From a virus, in the UHGV virus genome UHGV-1801607: 16,068 nucleotides of DNA. One strand, given 5' to 3'. Position 1 is the stretch's first letter; every line of letters starts with the position of its first letter. Positions 9,295 to 16,068 of the stretch are shown here, in pieces. The notes below the pieces were generated by a model, which ran no database searches, was not told the DNA's origin, and saw only the letters and a program-made list of their open reading frames with translations. The translations under genes were made by a program, and so were the position numbers.

Positions 9295-10205
9295 TATCGA
9301 ATTCCTTTATTCAGTTGCGCCTTGAGCTTGCGGTATGTCTCTACATCCCCTTTGTTTGCTGCCGCTTCCATCTGCTTTTCAATCGCAGAGATATTTGCAG
9401 CAACAGCGTGTCCCTGAATTGGTTCATCAGGTAACGGGGCTTCTGAAACAGGCTTGGCTCGAGGCTTGAGAGTTAAACGTTCTGACAGTCGAGTGAGTTC
9501 AATCAGCGCGGATTGCCCGTCCATCGCCAGCAACTGGCGTGTTTTCTCAGGATTAGCACCAAGGTGATACATGAGAGCGGCGGATTTCTCCGGGAAGAGG
9601 CGCATGATGTCGGCACCGACTGATGGCGGCACCAGTTGCATGAATGCATCCTCTTTCTCCTGATAGTCAGGGATATTGAGCTTTTCCGCTGCGTCGTAGT
9701 GCTTACGGGCTGCCTCGACGTATTGCGCTGATTGCTGGGTGAACTCCTGAGTTTTGCGACCCTGCTCGGCTACAGCCTGGCTTCGTGCGTCCATAGCCTT
9801 GATCTGCCATTCACTGTTTGCCTGCTGGAAGGCAGCCAGTGCGCGGCTCTGGTCATAGTCGTACTTAGCCAGTGCATCTTCGGAAAGATAATCGTTAGGG
9901 TCTGGTTGTTTTGGTAACTCAGGGTTCACCCGCAGGTGCTCCGGCAACTCTCCACGCTTAACCGCTTCCATCTGCTGCTCAAGCTCACGCTGTCGTTTGC
10001 GTTCGATGCGGCGACGGGCAAATTCAGCATTAGTTGCCGGGTCTTGTTTTGGTTTCTCATCGTCTTTCAGGACAATCTCGAAGCCTTCTTCCTGACCTGC
10101 GTTGTCGTTGGCATTATCGACAACTAAGCCATCAGCAGATGCCGCTGCATGATTGCCGGGCAGGGTTAATTCTTCAGAAGCCTGAATGTCGGTGGTTTGG
10201 TCCAT
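9294..10205 (-). CDS. Scaffolding protein, P22 gp8-like (303 aa)
   Basis: Same length as P22 gp8; highly similar central and C-terminal regions as recalled ([31 protein letters not shown] ... [11 protein letters not shown]). Confidence 0.9.
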   Translation of the reverse strand: MDQTTDIQASEELTLPGNHAAASADGLVVDNANDNAGQEEGFEIVLKDDEKPKQDPATNAEFARRRIERKRQRELEQQMEAVKRGELPEHLRVNPELPKQPDPNDYLSEDALAKYDYDQSRALAAFQQANSEWQIKAMDARSQAVAEQGRKTQEFTQQSAQYVEAARKHYDAAEKLNIPDYQEKEDAFMQLVPPSVGADIMRLFPEKSAALMYHLGANPEKTRQLLAMDGQSALIELTRLSERLTLKPRAKPVSEAPLPDEPIQGHAVAANISAIEKQMEAAANKGDVETYRKLKAQLNKGIR

Positions 10206-10218
10206 GATTAACTCTCTC

Positions 10219-12384
10219 TTATTGAGGTGTCTCGGCTACTCCGCCGGAGGGGATTTGAACTTGACGCATAAGATTCGCGAAATCCATGCGTTGTGAATGA
10301 GTCTGGTCTGCATCTTTAAGAAGCAGCTCAGCGTTAGCACGAGCATCTTTGCTGCGCTGTTGCTGGAATTGACCTACGAGCTTGAGGTACTCACGCAGTT
10401 CTGCCTGCTTGTCGAGGTCCATATTGTTGAAGATTTCTGCAATCTTCGCGGCGTTGAGTTGGTTTTGAGCTTCAACCTTGGCAGCTTCAACCTGAATCTG
10501 CGCCTGTTGGTTCTCTGCCTTGAGCAATTCAGCCTGACCTTGCAGAAGGATACCCTGCGCCTGAATTTGCTCTGCTGATGGCTGCTGCGGCTGCTGTTGC
10601 GCCTGTTGTACCATCTCCATCTCTTCAGGTGTTTCTGGTTTCTTCAGCCCCATCATCACCAGTTGCTTGTTCGCGTACTCTCGCATCATCTCGACGCCTT
10701 TACCGTCAAGCAGAGTGAAGTATTGCAGCATCAGCATCTGGAACTCTGGAGTACCTTGCGGAACCTTGGTGAGTAACTCCTGAATCTCTGCGCGGTTCTG
10801 TTCCTTCATGCTCTGGAAGGATGGCCCAACGTCCGTATAGCACTCATAGCGACCACGAATGTCGTTGAGTGTGACCACATTGCCGGACTGGTAATCGACA
10901 ACTTGCGCATAGAGTTGAACGTCTTTCTCGCTACCATCTTCAAGTGTCAGCGTTACATGACGAGGAACGTCATAAATATCATTGACCATTGATGCATAAA
11001 TCTCGCCATCGCGTCGCATTGCGGTAGCCAGGTTATCCTGAAACACGTATGTCTCAAGGTCTGCCCGCATGTTCAGTTGATTGACGGTATCGAAAGCGAC
11101 CTGACCGTTTGCTGCCTGCGCATCCACGCCAAGACTAGCCACCTCTTTCACTGCGTTGGTGGCAGCCTCAAGCATGTAAGCGTTGGCCTGCGGTACTTCA
11201 GGGTTTTCCATGTAAGAGATTGGACCAATCGGCAGGTCGTTACCGTTTTCATCGTTCTTGTTCTGCAGATAGTACGGATAGTCATCATTTCCACCGTACA
11301 TGTATTCGTAGCCTTCGATTTGCTCAGGGAAGAAGGTCGGTTTCTTCTTCGGTGAACGAGCAACAATATCGGCGTTGAATGACATGATCATGTTACGAAG
11401 GCGCTGACCGTCTTTCGTCAGCCTTACCACTCCTTCGTAGCACTCCTTGTCACCAGCGAATGACCATTCGCCATACACTGGAACGATTGGAATATGCTCT
11501 CCGGCTATCTTCTCGCGGTCTTTCAGTATCTGCGTGCAGGTGATGATCGACTTATACACACGCCGACGCTTCACCTTGCGCTCTGCTACCTTAATGAATC
11601 CACGATTAGCCAGGTCGTCGATGACGTCTTTGATATCCTGCTGGTAATAGCTGACCGGCTCACCTGTCAGCGGGTCGCGGTAGATGAAGACTTTCTCTTT
11701 CTTCTCTTCTACCTCGTAATACTCAGCAACGTAGACGACATCATTCGATACCCACGGAAACAGCCATGTATCGTTTGGATTCTGGAAAGATGGCAAGGTG
11801 TCAGGATCAATACCGTAATCCTCTGCGAACTCTTTCCAGCCATTGCGCGACAAGGCGTTAATCACCGTGCAGTGCTTAGCGTCGCTCTTATCCATCTGCT
11901 TGCTGTTGGCGTCCCATATGACGTGTGAGCAGGCTTCATGGATTGGAAGGCGTCGGATTACCTGATTGTTGCTTGTTGGGTCGTTGTCTTCGTACTGGGT
12001 GACCAGACGCCATGCACCAACGCCGGACTCTATCTGCTCACGAACTCCAACGTTAACGGCAATCTTTGCCGTGTTATGGCGCATATCAGTACGATACATT
12101 CCCATCAACACATCGGCAGCATCAGGATTAGCGCCGTCTTTGGGTCGGAAGAGAACGTCGATAGGGTTCCGGCGCATCTCTGCGACCAGTTTCCTGACCA
12201 CCGGGCGAACAACATCGAATTGTCCGCGATATTGCAGAGTCGTGTAGTTTGATAGCCAGTCATCCCATTGCGACACTCGGCTAAAATACAGGTCATTTGT
12301 CGCCTCGGTTCTGGCTTCATCGCTCGCCATCCAGTCCGCGTCAAACTTACACAGAATGGAATTGAGTCTGTTTTCGTCGGCCAT
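10219..12384 (-). CDS. Portal protein, P22 gp1-like (721 aa)
   Basis: Near-colinear similarity to P22 portal as recalled ([100 protein letters not shown]), including the long Gln-rich C-terminal helical region; length 721 vs 725 aa. Confidence 0.95.
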   Translation of the reverse strand: MADENRLNSILCKFDADWMASDEARTEATNDLYFSRVSQWDDWLSNYTTLQYRGQFDVVRPVVRKLVAEMRRNPIDVLFRPKDGANPDAADVLMGMYRTDMRHNTAKIAVNVGVREQIESGVGAWRLVTQYEDNDPTSNNQVIRRLPIHEACSHVIWDANSKQMDKSDAKHCTVINALSRNGWKEFAEDYGIDPDTLPSFQNPNDTWLFPWVSNDVVYVAEYYEVEEKKEKVFIYRDPLTGEPVSYYQQDIKDVIDDLANRGFIKVAERKVKRRRVYKSIITCTQILKDREKIAGEHIPIVPVYGEWSFAGDKECYEGVVRLTKDGQRLRNMIMSFNADIVARSPKKKPTFFPEQIEGYEYMYGGNDDYPYYLQNKNDENGNDLPIGPISYMENPEVPQANAYMLEAATNAVKEVASLGVDAQAANGQVAFDTVNQLNMRADLETYVFQDNLATAMRRDGEIYASMVNDIYDVPRHVTLTLEDGSEKDVQLYAQVVDYQSGNVVTLNDIRGRYECYTDVGPSFQSMKEQNRAEIQELLTKVPQGTPEFQMLMLQYFTLLDGKGVEMMREYANKQLVMMGLKKPETPEEMEMVQQAQQQPQQPSAEQIQAQGILLQGQAELLKAENQQAQIQVEAAKVEAQNQLNAAKIAEIFNNMDLDKQAELREYLKLVGQFQQQRSKDARANAELLLKDADQTHSQRMDFANLMRQVQIPSGGVAETPQ

Positions 12385-13884
12385 TTAAGTTCTCCGTGCG
12401 ATGGGCCTGATTGGGGCTGGTATCTTTTTCTCTTTTGGTTTTTTGATGTCGCGCATCATTTTGGAGAAGCGGCGCATCATGTATGCATAGCGAACGGCTG
12501 AGAGAACGTCGTCGTTAAGCTTGACGATCTTCCCGTTTTCATCACGGTGATAGAGGCGAAACTCCTCAAAGAATGGTTCACAGGTGTTGAATACCTTGAA
12601 GCGACCATCTAGCATCATGTCGCGCAATTCAGTGATTCCAGGCTCAACAGCATTACCGCCATCAGGCCATGTCGCATGCTCCTGCAACATCATAAATCCA
12701 GCGTCTGCATACTGCCCTTTGAGCTGCTCACCGCCGCCCTTCTCATGCTGGTTTCCGTCATGAGGCCATGCGGTTGGCACTTTATGCGCCCATGATTTAA
12801 CAGCTCCCCATGCCTGAACAGCTGTTTTTTCTTTCGCCTTCCACACGCGTGAAACGTAGATTGTGTCTGCGTCCTTATCCCACCAAAGCTGAACCTGCGC
12901 CTGTGGGTGATCCCATCCGAAATCCATCCCACCAATTACGTAGAAGTGATCAGGACACTCGAACGGCTGACACTTAATCGTCTCTTCCGGTATCTGGAAG
13001 ATTCGACCACTACCCATCGTAGGAATACCGCGAGCACGCGCCTCTCTCTCATGCTCGGGATAGGATGCGATGATTTGCTCTTTCTGCTCGTCGGTGTAGT
13101 GCTCAGCGTCGTAGATGGTCATGTTGACAACTTTCTGCGACTTGCTGGGATTCTTCAGGAACTTGGTAACAACGTCAGACATCCCCATCAGCGGGGTAAA
13201 CGTCAGAATTGAGAATTGCCCGTATTTGTTGGTACGGGTAAGACCTTCGCCATAAATGCTGTATGGTGGTTCTTCGTCAAACCACACGCCGTGGATTGTG
13301 TCACCCTGCCAGCGAGCGCGGCCTTGCGAGTATGGTTTGAAGTAGCAGATTGAAATGCCATCTTCAACGCCATCAGCCGTGTGATGCTTAACCAGAAGAT
13401 GATCAACAAGGTTCGGAAAGAAAGGAGACTTCTTCCAGCTAATGATGTCCTCTTTCGGTATGGAACCGTAGCCAGGCTCATCATTCTCTTCGATACGACC
13501 GCACAGGATGCGTTGAGTCGTTTTGGTTACAGTCTCGTTTGTCTCGCCGCCAATCCAGAAGACAACAGGCTCATAGAAACGCTTACCTTTCCACTCCCCA
13601 CCATATTTACCATCAGCAGGATAGCCTTTTGTGCCCGGATAACGCCCTGTAAGGTGAAACGCGACTTCAGCAGCACCAGTAAATGACTTACCAAGCTGGT
13701 TACCAGCCATAAAACATCGCTCTGGATAGTCATGTCCGGCGTCGATGAACTCACGCTGTTTGCTGTATGGCGTAAATTCATATAGCAGGTGAGTGTTCCG
13801 GTAGTTCTCTTCTTCTTCGAGTAGCTCGAGCAATTCGATTTGCTCTTCGTCGCTCAAGTTATCAAGAATCGCGTCCAGTTCCAC
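12385..13884 (-). CDS. Terminase large subunit, P22 gp2-like (499 aa, GTG start)
   Basis: Walker A-like motif AGNQLGKSF near the N-terminus; length equals P22 gp2 (499 aa) when initiated at the GTG at 13882-13884; the next in-frame Met is about 58 codons downstream. TAA stop abuts the portal ATG. Confidence 0.9.
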   Translation of the reverse strand: MELDAILDNLSDEEQIELLELLEEEENYRNTHLLYEFTPYSKQREFIDAGHDYPERCFMAGNQLGKSFTGAAEVAFHLTGRYPGTKGYPADGKYGGEWKGKRFYEPVVFWIGGETNETVTKTTQRILCGRIEENDEPGYGSIPKEDIISWKKSPFFPNLVDHLLVKHHTADGVEDGISICYFKPYSQGRARWQGDTIHGVWFDEEPPYSIYGEGLTRTNKYGQFSILTFTPLMGMSDVVTKFLKNPSKSQKVVNMTIYDAEHYTDEQKEQIIASYPEHEREARARGIPTMGSGRIFQIPEETIKCQPFECPDHFYVIGGMDFGWDHPQAQVQLWWDKDADTIYVSRVWKAKEKTAVQAWGAVKSWAHKVPTAWPHDGNQHEKGGGEQLKGQYADAGFMMLQEHATWPDGGNAVEPGITELRDMMLDGRFKVFNTCEPFFEEFRLYHRDENGKIVKLNDDVLSAVRYAYMMRRFSKMMRDIKKPKEKKIPAPIRPIARRT

Positions 13885-14350
13885 GGTTGAATAGCTCCTT
13901 GATACGAGAGCGTCGCTTATCGCGATCTCCCTTATCAGGTGTCACGTCTTCAACTTGCGACTGCTCTTTGAGGCCCAAATCACGGGCGATGATATTAGCG
14001 TTGAGAAGGTCAGCGGCTGCGCCAGAGAATTTCTGGTCGTAGATGACCTGCTCTGCTCGCGTAACGACTTCAGATAAATCTTCTCGCAGGCGATATGTGC
14101 GCCATGTTTCAAGCGTCACATCAATGAACAGAGTGAGGCCGGTAATGGTCATCGCTCGCATCTTGGCGATAGGCTCTTGTATCACTTCACCCTGATACGA
14201 GAACGCCTTCATCTCCCATAGCGGGTTAGCTTCAACCCACTCGAAGTATTCACAACAAGCAGCCCACAGCGCCTCGGGCGATTCGAATTTAGGGTTTCGC
14301 CCATGACTACTGCGGGCCTCCCAAAATCGGTTGCCCTTTGGTGCTGCCAT
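13862..14350 (-). CDS. Terminase small subunit, P22 gp3-like (162 aa)
   Basis: Translation [44 protein letters not shown]... matches my recollection of P22 gp3; choosing the ATG at 14348-14350 gives 162 aa as in P22 (the track ORF starts two codons earlier at MNM). C-terminus overlaps the terminase large subunit start by 23 nt. Confidence 0.85.
   Translation of the reverse strand: MAAPKGNRFWEARSSHGRNPKFESPEALWAACCEYFEWVEANPLWEMKAFSYQGEVIQEPIAKMRAMTITGLTLFIDVTLETWRTYRLREDLSEVVTRAEQVIYDQKFSGAAADLLNANIIARDLGLKEQSQVEDVTPDKGDRDKRRSRIKELFNRGTGRDS
14062..14083 (-). other. Putative pac site (headful packaging recognition sequence) inside the terminase small subunit gene
   Basis: Minus-strand sequence GAAGATTTATCTGAAGTCGTTA (encoding EDLSEVVT of gp3) differs at 2 of 22 positions from the P22 pac sequence as I recall it (GAAGACTTATCTGAGGTCGTTA). 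Coordinates approximate; recollection not checked against a reference. Confidence 0.45.
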
Positions 14351-14373
14351 ATTCATCTCACTTAGTTGTTATT

Positions 14374-14553
14374 TCAGGCTGAGGACTCTTTCGCGCCTTC
14401 AATCAGTGACTGCTTCAGCAATTCGAGTGTGCCAATCGCCTCGCATAAACTGATTTCACCATCGTAATCATGGATGGCGCTTTCCATCCGCTCGTATAGC
14501 TCTTGAGTAATTGGGAATTTCTTCTCCTTACCCAAATTGATTACGCGGCTCAC
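14374..14553 (-). CDS. Candidate small ORF (about 59 aa with GTG start, or 37 aa from internal ATG at 14485-14487) in the 200-bp gap upstream of the terminase small subunit
   Basis: Hand translation of the minus strand: GTG at 14551-14553 preceded by GGAG about 7 nt upstream, reading (M)SRVINLGKEKKFPITQELYERMESAIHDYDGEISLCEAIGTLELLKQSLIEGAKESSA, stop TGA at 14374-14376. Below the 60-aa cutoff of the supplied ORF track. Could be non-coding. Confidence 0.25.
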   Translation of the reverse strand: MSRVINLGKEKKFPITQELYERMESAIHDYDGEISLCEAIGTLELLKQSLIEGAKESSA

Positions 14554-14554
14554 A

Positions 14555-14797
14555 TCATGCTCCGGTGGTGAACAGGTCTAACGCTTCCTTCGATTTACGC
14601 ACCGCTTCGATAGTGCGGGTCGTGATATCTGAATTAGCGCCGCCTGACTGGAAGTGAATTTTGAATAGCTCAAGCTTCAGCTCGTCAGTGCCAATGAATT
14701 GAAATGCTTCTTCTGCGGCTGCGTTCTGGTTCATGACCAGTTTGTAAATCTCTAACTGGAATTTCTGTTCTTCAGTCATGGGAATAATCTCTGCCAT
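14555..14797 (-). CDS. Hypothetical small protein (80 aa) upstream of the terminase genes
   Basis: ATG at 14795-14797 preceded by GGAG about 6 nt upstream; acidic, helix-rich sequence. Position corresponds to the small ORFs found between the lysis cassette and gene 3 in P22-like phages. No function recognisable. Confidence 0.6.
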   Translation of the reverse strand: MAEIIPMTEEQKFQLEIYKLVMNQNAAAEEAFQFIGTDELKLELFKIHFQSGGANSDITTRTIEAVRKSKEALDLFTTGA

Positions 14798-14900
14798 TGT
14801 TGGCTCCGTTTATCCGTTAAAAGGGATATCAGTTAAGTTATCCCGTGTAGGGTATAAGCCATTATCAAAGCCACTCTGTAGGGAATGGCTTTTGTAATAA

Positions 14901-15272
14901 CTACTGTTCGCTTAGCTTCTGCTTCAGCAAGTAACCTTCCAGCATCCAGATTTTATTCACCGCATTTTCGCGGGCGATCTTGCGACCGATCTCCGGGTCG
15001 AAGTTTTCCGGGCTGGCGCAGGCGCTTTCGCCGGTGACGGTGAAGCCGTTGCGCAGCACCAGGACGCAGAATGTAAGAAGCTTTAATGCTTCCTGACTTT
15101 CGGTTAAATCAAGCGCGGATTTGTATGTCGCCATAGCGCCCTCTCCGCCAATACCATCGTATGCGGTGAAGCAATGCTCGCTTTTAATCACGTCTTCGAT
15201 GTGCTGAGGAGTGATTCGCGGGGCTGTTTTGCCTTTCTCAACGATTTCTTTTTCGATTTGCTGGTCGTTCAT
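14901..15272 (-). CDS. Phage protein (123 aa), tentatively N4 Gp49 / Sf6 Gp66-like family, function unknown
   Basis: Motifs LTFCVLVLRNGFTVTGESACASPENFDPEIGRKIARENAVNKIWMLEGYLL resemble the Gp49/Gp66 family proteins encoded upstream of terminase genes in many enterobacterial phages, as recalled. Family assignment not verified by a profile search. Confidence 0.6.
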   Translation of the reverse strand: MNDQQIEKEIVEKGKTAPRITPQHIEDVIKSEHCFTAYDGIGGEGAMATYKSALDLTESQEALKLLTFCVLVLRNGFTVTGESACASPENFDPEIGRKIARENAVNKIWMLEGYLLKQKLSEQ

Positions 15273-15317
15273 AATTATGACCTTGTTGGTTGTTAAAGAT
15301 GTTTTTGTGATGGCGAT

Positions 15318-15339
15318 AAAAAGGCCGCCTGAGCGACCT
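15318..15339 (-). terminator. Candidate intrinsic terminator between the 62-aa ORF and the Gp49-like gene
   Basis: Minus-strand transcript AGGUCGC-UCAG-GCGGCCU followed by UUUUUAUCG: 7-bp stem with one G-U pair, then a U-tract, about 10 nt after the ORF stop. On the plus strand the same stem would contain a C-A mismatch, consistent with minus-strand function. Confidence 0.45.
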
Positions 15340-15348
15340 GTTAGTTGT

Positions 15349-15537
15349 TCACAACTTCCATTGTTGAAGGTTCAGCATGTCGAAAAATGATCCGCATTTG
15401 GGGGGATTTTCCATTCTTGCCCTCTCTTCAGCCGCTTTGTAATAAGCCATTGGCCTTTTCACACCATCAGTACCAGTGATGTATTCAACGCCTTCCTTCT
15501 GGTCTTTGTTTACGGAAACCATCGCAACATCTTCCAC
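15349..15537 (-). CDS. Hypothetical small protein (62 aa from GTG, or 57 aa from ATG at 15520-15522)
   Basis: ORF from the track; the first codon is GTG, and an internal ATG has GGAAG upstream. An overlapping 37-codon ORF in another frame (ATG near 15630, MNLQPYGKKDSLWWRTDGKTSAESITNKWKMLRWFP) precedes it, so coding status is uncertain. Confidence 0.35.
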   Translation of the reverse strand: MEDVAMVSVNKDQKEGVEYITGTDGVKRPMAYYKAAEERARMENPPKCGSFFDMLNLQQWKL

Positions 15538-15712
15538 TTGTTCGTTATCGATTCAGCGGATGTCTTTCCATCAGTCCGCCACCACAAAGAATCTTTTTTG
15601 CCATAAGGCTGGAGGTTCATCTTTCAGTGGCTGCCAGTGTTATTTCCCCACTTACTGGCTTGGGTTGTTTCGCTGTACTGCCGTAATGCAAAAACTGGAT
15701 TAACCTGCGAAA

Positions 15713-16068
15713 TCACACCATTCCGGGCAAATACATTTGCACTTCATTTGCCGCTCTCTCACGTGCAACATGAAGCAATCTTTTTCGCCCACCAACGCCC
15801 CACTTAGCCATTTGGCTTGCGCACTGGCTTATCGCTTTGGTTTCAGTATTGATGATGTGATCGATTCTATTCAGACGGGACATTGCGCCAACGCCGAGAC
15901 GGACAACCGTTTTGAAAACTTCATAAACTTCGATTTCAAATTCCGGCTTAATCCATGCTGCATATCTGATTGCCAGAAGTTCAACACCCCACACACCTGG
16001 TTCTGCACCACCTTTGATTATTTTAAGTGGTTGAATTTGTTCCAAAGTGCTTTTTTGCACTTTGGCCT
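15713..16068 (-). CDS. KilA-N domain-like protein, 5' end probably beyond the window (partial)
   Basis: Segment GGAEPGVWGVELLAIRYAAWIKPEFEIEVYEVF resembles the conserved GG..GTWVHP.LA..FA.W.SP.F core of KilA-N/Bro-N domains, here only about 20 residues from the first in-window codon, so the N-terminal half of the domain is likely upstream of position 16068. The frame stays open to the window edge. Stop TGA at 15713-15715. Confidence 0.5.
   Translation of the reverse strand, partial: AKVQKSTLEQIQPLKIIKGGAEPGVWGVELLAIRYAAWIKPEFEIEVYEVFKTVVRLGVGAMSRLNRIDHIINTETKAISQCASQMAKWGVGGRKRLLHVARERAANEVQMYLPGMV

Noticed and set aside
11494-11928. 144-aa plus-strand ORF inside the portal gene
   Set aside because: Antisense to a confidently identified portal gene, no ribosome-binding site noted, and no recognisable protein features; typical spurious antisense ORF.
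12105-13781. Short same-strand and opposite-strand ORFs nested in the portal and terminase large subunit genes (12105..12344, 12690..12935, 12907..13212, 13203..13484, 13381..13686, 13527..13781)
   Set aside because: Nested in alternative frames of confidently identified genes; no start signals or family resemblance.
15476-15703. 75-aa plus-strand ORF in the spacer between the KilA-N-like gene and the 62-aa ORF
   Set aside because: Opposite in orientation to every gene on this side of the window, overlaps the minus-strand small ORFs, and has no evident Shine-Dalgarno; kept only as a remote possibility.
1-16068. Search for CRISPR arrays, tRNA genes, integrase or IS elements
   Set aside because: No spaced direct repeats, no cloverleaf-like conserved tRNA motifs and no recombinase-like ORFs were seen; the window is one contiguous phage late operon plus small accessory ORFs. 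A tRNAscan or CRISPR finder run was not possible, so short elements could have been missed.

Overview
The window is almost entirely the late (virion morphogenesis) operon of a P22-like temperate podovirus or prophage, all on the minus strand. Reading in the direction of transcription (right to left): a 5'-truncated KilA-N-like gene, several small unassigned ORFs, terminase small subunit (with a pac-like site inside it), terminase large subunit, portal, scaffold, coat, an intrinsic terminator, a small acidic PE-repeat ORF, then homologs of P22 gp4, gp10, gp26 (tail needle with a longer, non-P22 C-terminal domain), gp14, gp7, gp20 and gp16. Genes are tightly packed with overlapping or abutting stop/start codons. 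Identifications rest on recalled similarity to P22 proteins, matching lengths and conserved gene order; no database search was run. The most unusual element is at the left edge: an AT-rich 75-aa predicted membrane protein gene on the plus strand, convergent with gp16, with overlapping stop codons, a strong Shine-Dalgarno and a possible own promoter, at the position where P22 carries sieA. The second region worth attention is the small-gene cluster between the KilA-N gene and the terminase (about 14357-15712). No tRNA, rRNA, CRISPR array, integrase or IS element was recognised. Coordinates of short motifs were counted by hand and may be off by 1-2 nt.
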